From assembly GCA_010093605.1 (NCBI GenBank), contig MU004182.1:1707032-1771031 (forward strand): a DNA stretch of 64,000 nucleotides, given 5' to 3'. The position numbers were made by a program, and so were the translations under genes. The DNA comes from Lophium mytilinum (Eukaryota). Shown piece after piece: positions 61,757 through 64,000 of this stretch (its first letter is position 1; every line of letters begins with the position of its first letter). The notes under the pieces were generated by a model. That model was not told where the DNA came from. It saw only the letters and a list, made by a program, of their open reading frames with translations, and did not search any database.

Positions 61757-63050
61757 TCCCAATTGATCAATTACGGATTTGCGGTAGGTGGTCGGTTGGT
61801 GCTTGGTGGTCGGTGTTTGGTGTGGGTGTTGTGGAGGTTGGAGTGTGATGTATTGCGGCGAGGAGGAAGACGATTTGGCGTATTTATGCCACTCGCGGGC
61901 GGTGAATCAACAAATGTTGAATGAAAACAACCAGCCTCGCCGACAAGTGACTAGCAATTCACCCAATATTTCCCTGCTTTAGAGGCGGGGGCCGCACATT
62001 AACTGCGACGTGTTTCAGTGGATTGCAGTGCTCATACGGGTAGAGGTTTGATGAAAAAGAAGTTCAGGCCAAGAGCCGTCGCCAGCTGTTAGGAAAAGAG
62101 AAACCCTGTATAAATTACTGTATTGATTCCGTACATAATTTGTTGGGACTACTTTCACGTGTTTTGATGGGTTTGGAGAGGAAGTCCGTTATTGTGAACA
62201 GGCTGTAACCTCACCGGCGACCTCAGACGTCTATATCAAAGTATTCGCCGCTCTTGACGCCTGCAGGATTCTAGAAAAAGTGTAGGATTACAGCGAGTCG
62301 GAAGAAAGTGCCCAAACCTATCACGTGCTGTTGCAATCGTTGTACCATAGCCTGGAGAAGAAGATGGAGAGGGGGAAGGCTACTATGTGAAGAGGCTTTA
62401 GGAAGATAATACTGATATTACTTGTTTTCTCGATGGTTACCTTCTCTATCTAGCTGGAGCTCATTGTCGACCGCCAGCATCAAGTCCTGGACAGCTCACA
62501 CCCGTATATACCACTGTCGAGGTGCCACTGTTGTTTGCTAGGGACTACCATCAAGAGCAGTGCTCCCTTCCAGTAGCTGGCCAACGAAGAAGCATTCTGG
62601 ACTGGTAGTCCTTATTTTGGATGCATCAAACTCCGCCTTGCGTTCTGGAACTCTGAAGCCTACGGGGCACTCTAAGCGGTGACCATGGAGAGTACTGAAT
62701 CTGGCAAAACATTATAACTCACTTACGAAGTACCTAGTCCTTGAATCGACTACGTTGCTCTGAGCAATGAGGGTATTTCTTTGCCGCGATGTCCCTTGGA
62801 ACATACGAGCCATAGAGTCGCTGAAGCAGGTGGGGCTGGACATGGCAGTGGCAGTGTAATAGGCAACAGTCCACTAGGCGCAGATACGAGGGTCTTCAGG
62901 CTTCATATATTCACGAAAGGCGCAGTGTAGGGCGGCCTCGTTGCAAGGGCGGGGCGGGTTTGGGCGACGAGGTTGGAGTTTGCAAGGCTGACGGCGAAAG
63001 AGGCGCTGGTTGGCCAGAGCGACCCGCCCGGGCCACATCGAGCAGATGCT

Positions 63051-63069
63051 AGAACCTTCCGAACCTTTC
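63051..63069 (+). promoter_or_regulatory. Heat-shock-element-like GAAnnTTC repeats upstream of hsp90
   Basis: AGAACCTTCCGAACCTTTC, with additional TTCnnGAA sites near 62269 and 62643. Confidence 0.45.
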
Positions 63070-63421
63070 CTCAAGGCACAAATCGCAACTATTTCAGCTT
63101 CACCACCAAACTCATCTTCCTTTCTTCTTCCTCACTCGCCCTCCAACACAACCCAAATTCCACAACCTTCACTGCGCGCCCGCTGCTTCAGCCCAGCTTC
63201 CACGCACCCGCAAAGCATCGCTTGCCTCTCAATCGTGAGTCTTCTCGTCCATTACTGCAGCCTCGTCTATCTCTAGGTAGACTACATCCCACACAGCACT
63301 CGAAGGCGACTCCAGCCGTCTGAGTGCACATCCATTTTCTCACGGGCTTCAGCTTAAGGGCCTTGATTTTGAAGCTAACAAAGTCGTCGCAGACACCCTC
63401 GACACCGCCCCTCCTACAATC

Positions 63422-64000
63422 ATGCCTGCGGAAACTTTCGAGTTCCAGGCCGAGATCTCTCAGCTCCTCGGCCTGATCATCAACACTGTCTACTCAAACA
63501 AGGAGATTTTCCTGCGGGAACTGATTTCCAACTGCTCCGATGCTCTTGACAAGATCCGATATGAGGCCCTTTCCGACCCCAGCAAGCTGGACAGTGGCAA
63601 GGACCTCCGCATCGACATCATTCCCGACAAGGAGAACAAGACAATCACAATCCGCGATACTGGTATCGGCATGACCAAGGCTGTAAGTAAATATGGCTCG
63701 TACTACTCAACGCAACTGCTAACGATAATTGCAGGATTTGGTGAACAATCTCGGTACCATCGCCCGTTCCGGTACCAAGCAGTTCATGGAGGCCCTGACC
63801 GCCGGTGCCGACGTGTCCATGATTGGCCAGTTTGGTGTCGGTTTCTACTCCGCCTACCTCGTGGCTGACCGAGTCACTGTCATCTCCAAGCACAACGATG
63901 ACGAGCAATACATCTGGGAGTCGAGTGCCGGTGGCAGCTTCACCATTGCACAAGACACCGACGGTGAGCCGCTAGGCCGCGGCTCCAAGATCATCCTCCA
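63422..64000 (+). CDS. HSP90: Hsp90 molecular chaperone, 5' part (runs off the window)
   Basis: [67 protein letters not shown]. Intron about 63683-63734 and a probable 5'UTR intron about 63235-63392. Confidence 0.97.

Noticed and set aside
8754..62330. Recurring CACGTG E-boxes in intergenic regions
   Set aside because: A common bHLH motif that cannot be assigned to a regulon from sequence alone.

Overview
Intron-containing genomic DNA from a filamentous ascomycete (Pezizomycotina, Dothideomycete-like; GT-AG introns with CTRAC branch sites). About 20 protein-coding genes are supportable. Conserved or housekeeping genes: DnaJ-X chaperone, eIF4E, squalene synthase, Sec7-PH ARF-GEF, ABHD12-like hydrolase, mitochondrial EF-G and the start of Hsp90. 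Accessory-type genes: TetX-like flavin monooxygenase, VIT-vWA protein, C2H2+Zn2Cys6 transcription factor, CYP7-like P450, two F-box proteins, secreted lipase, small secreted beta/gamma-crystallin-like protein, amidohydrolase and AsaB/CmcJ-like oxygenase. The standout is the VIT-vWA gene (11767-14805, minus). Its low-complexity linker carries, in tandem, a near-perfect fungal histone H3 tail (residues 2-32, 30/31), a histone H4 tail in which K5/K8/K12/K16 are all replaced, and the ribosomal P-stalk C-terminal motif ([11 protein letters not shown]). The linker also holds an Atg8-interacting-like motif and an NLS, and the predicted protein starts with H3-like MARTK. This looks like a multi-target mimic/decoy array that I do not recall being described. 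Also seen: a fold-back element in a 557-nt intron, an 8-nt microexon, and a C-rich to G-rich switch along many genes. Exon boundaries were read by eye and no database searches were run.
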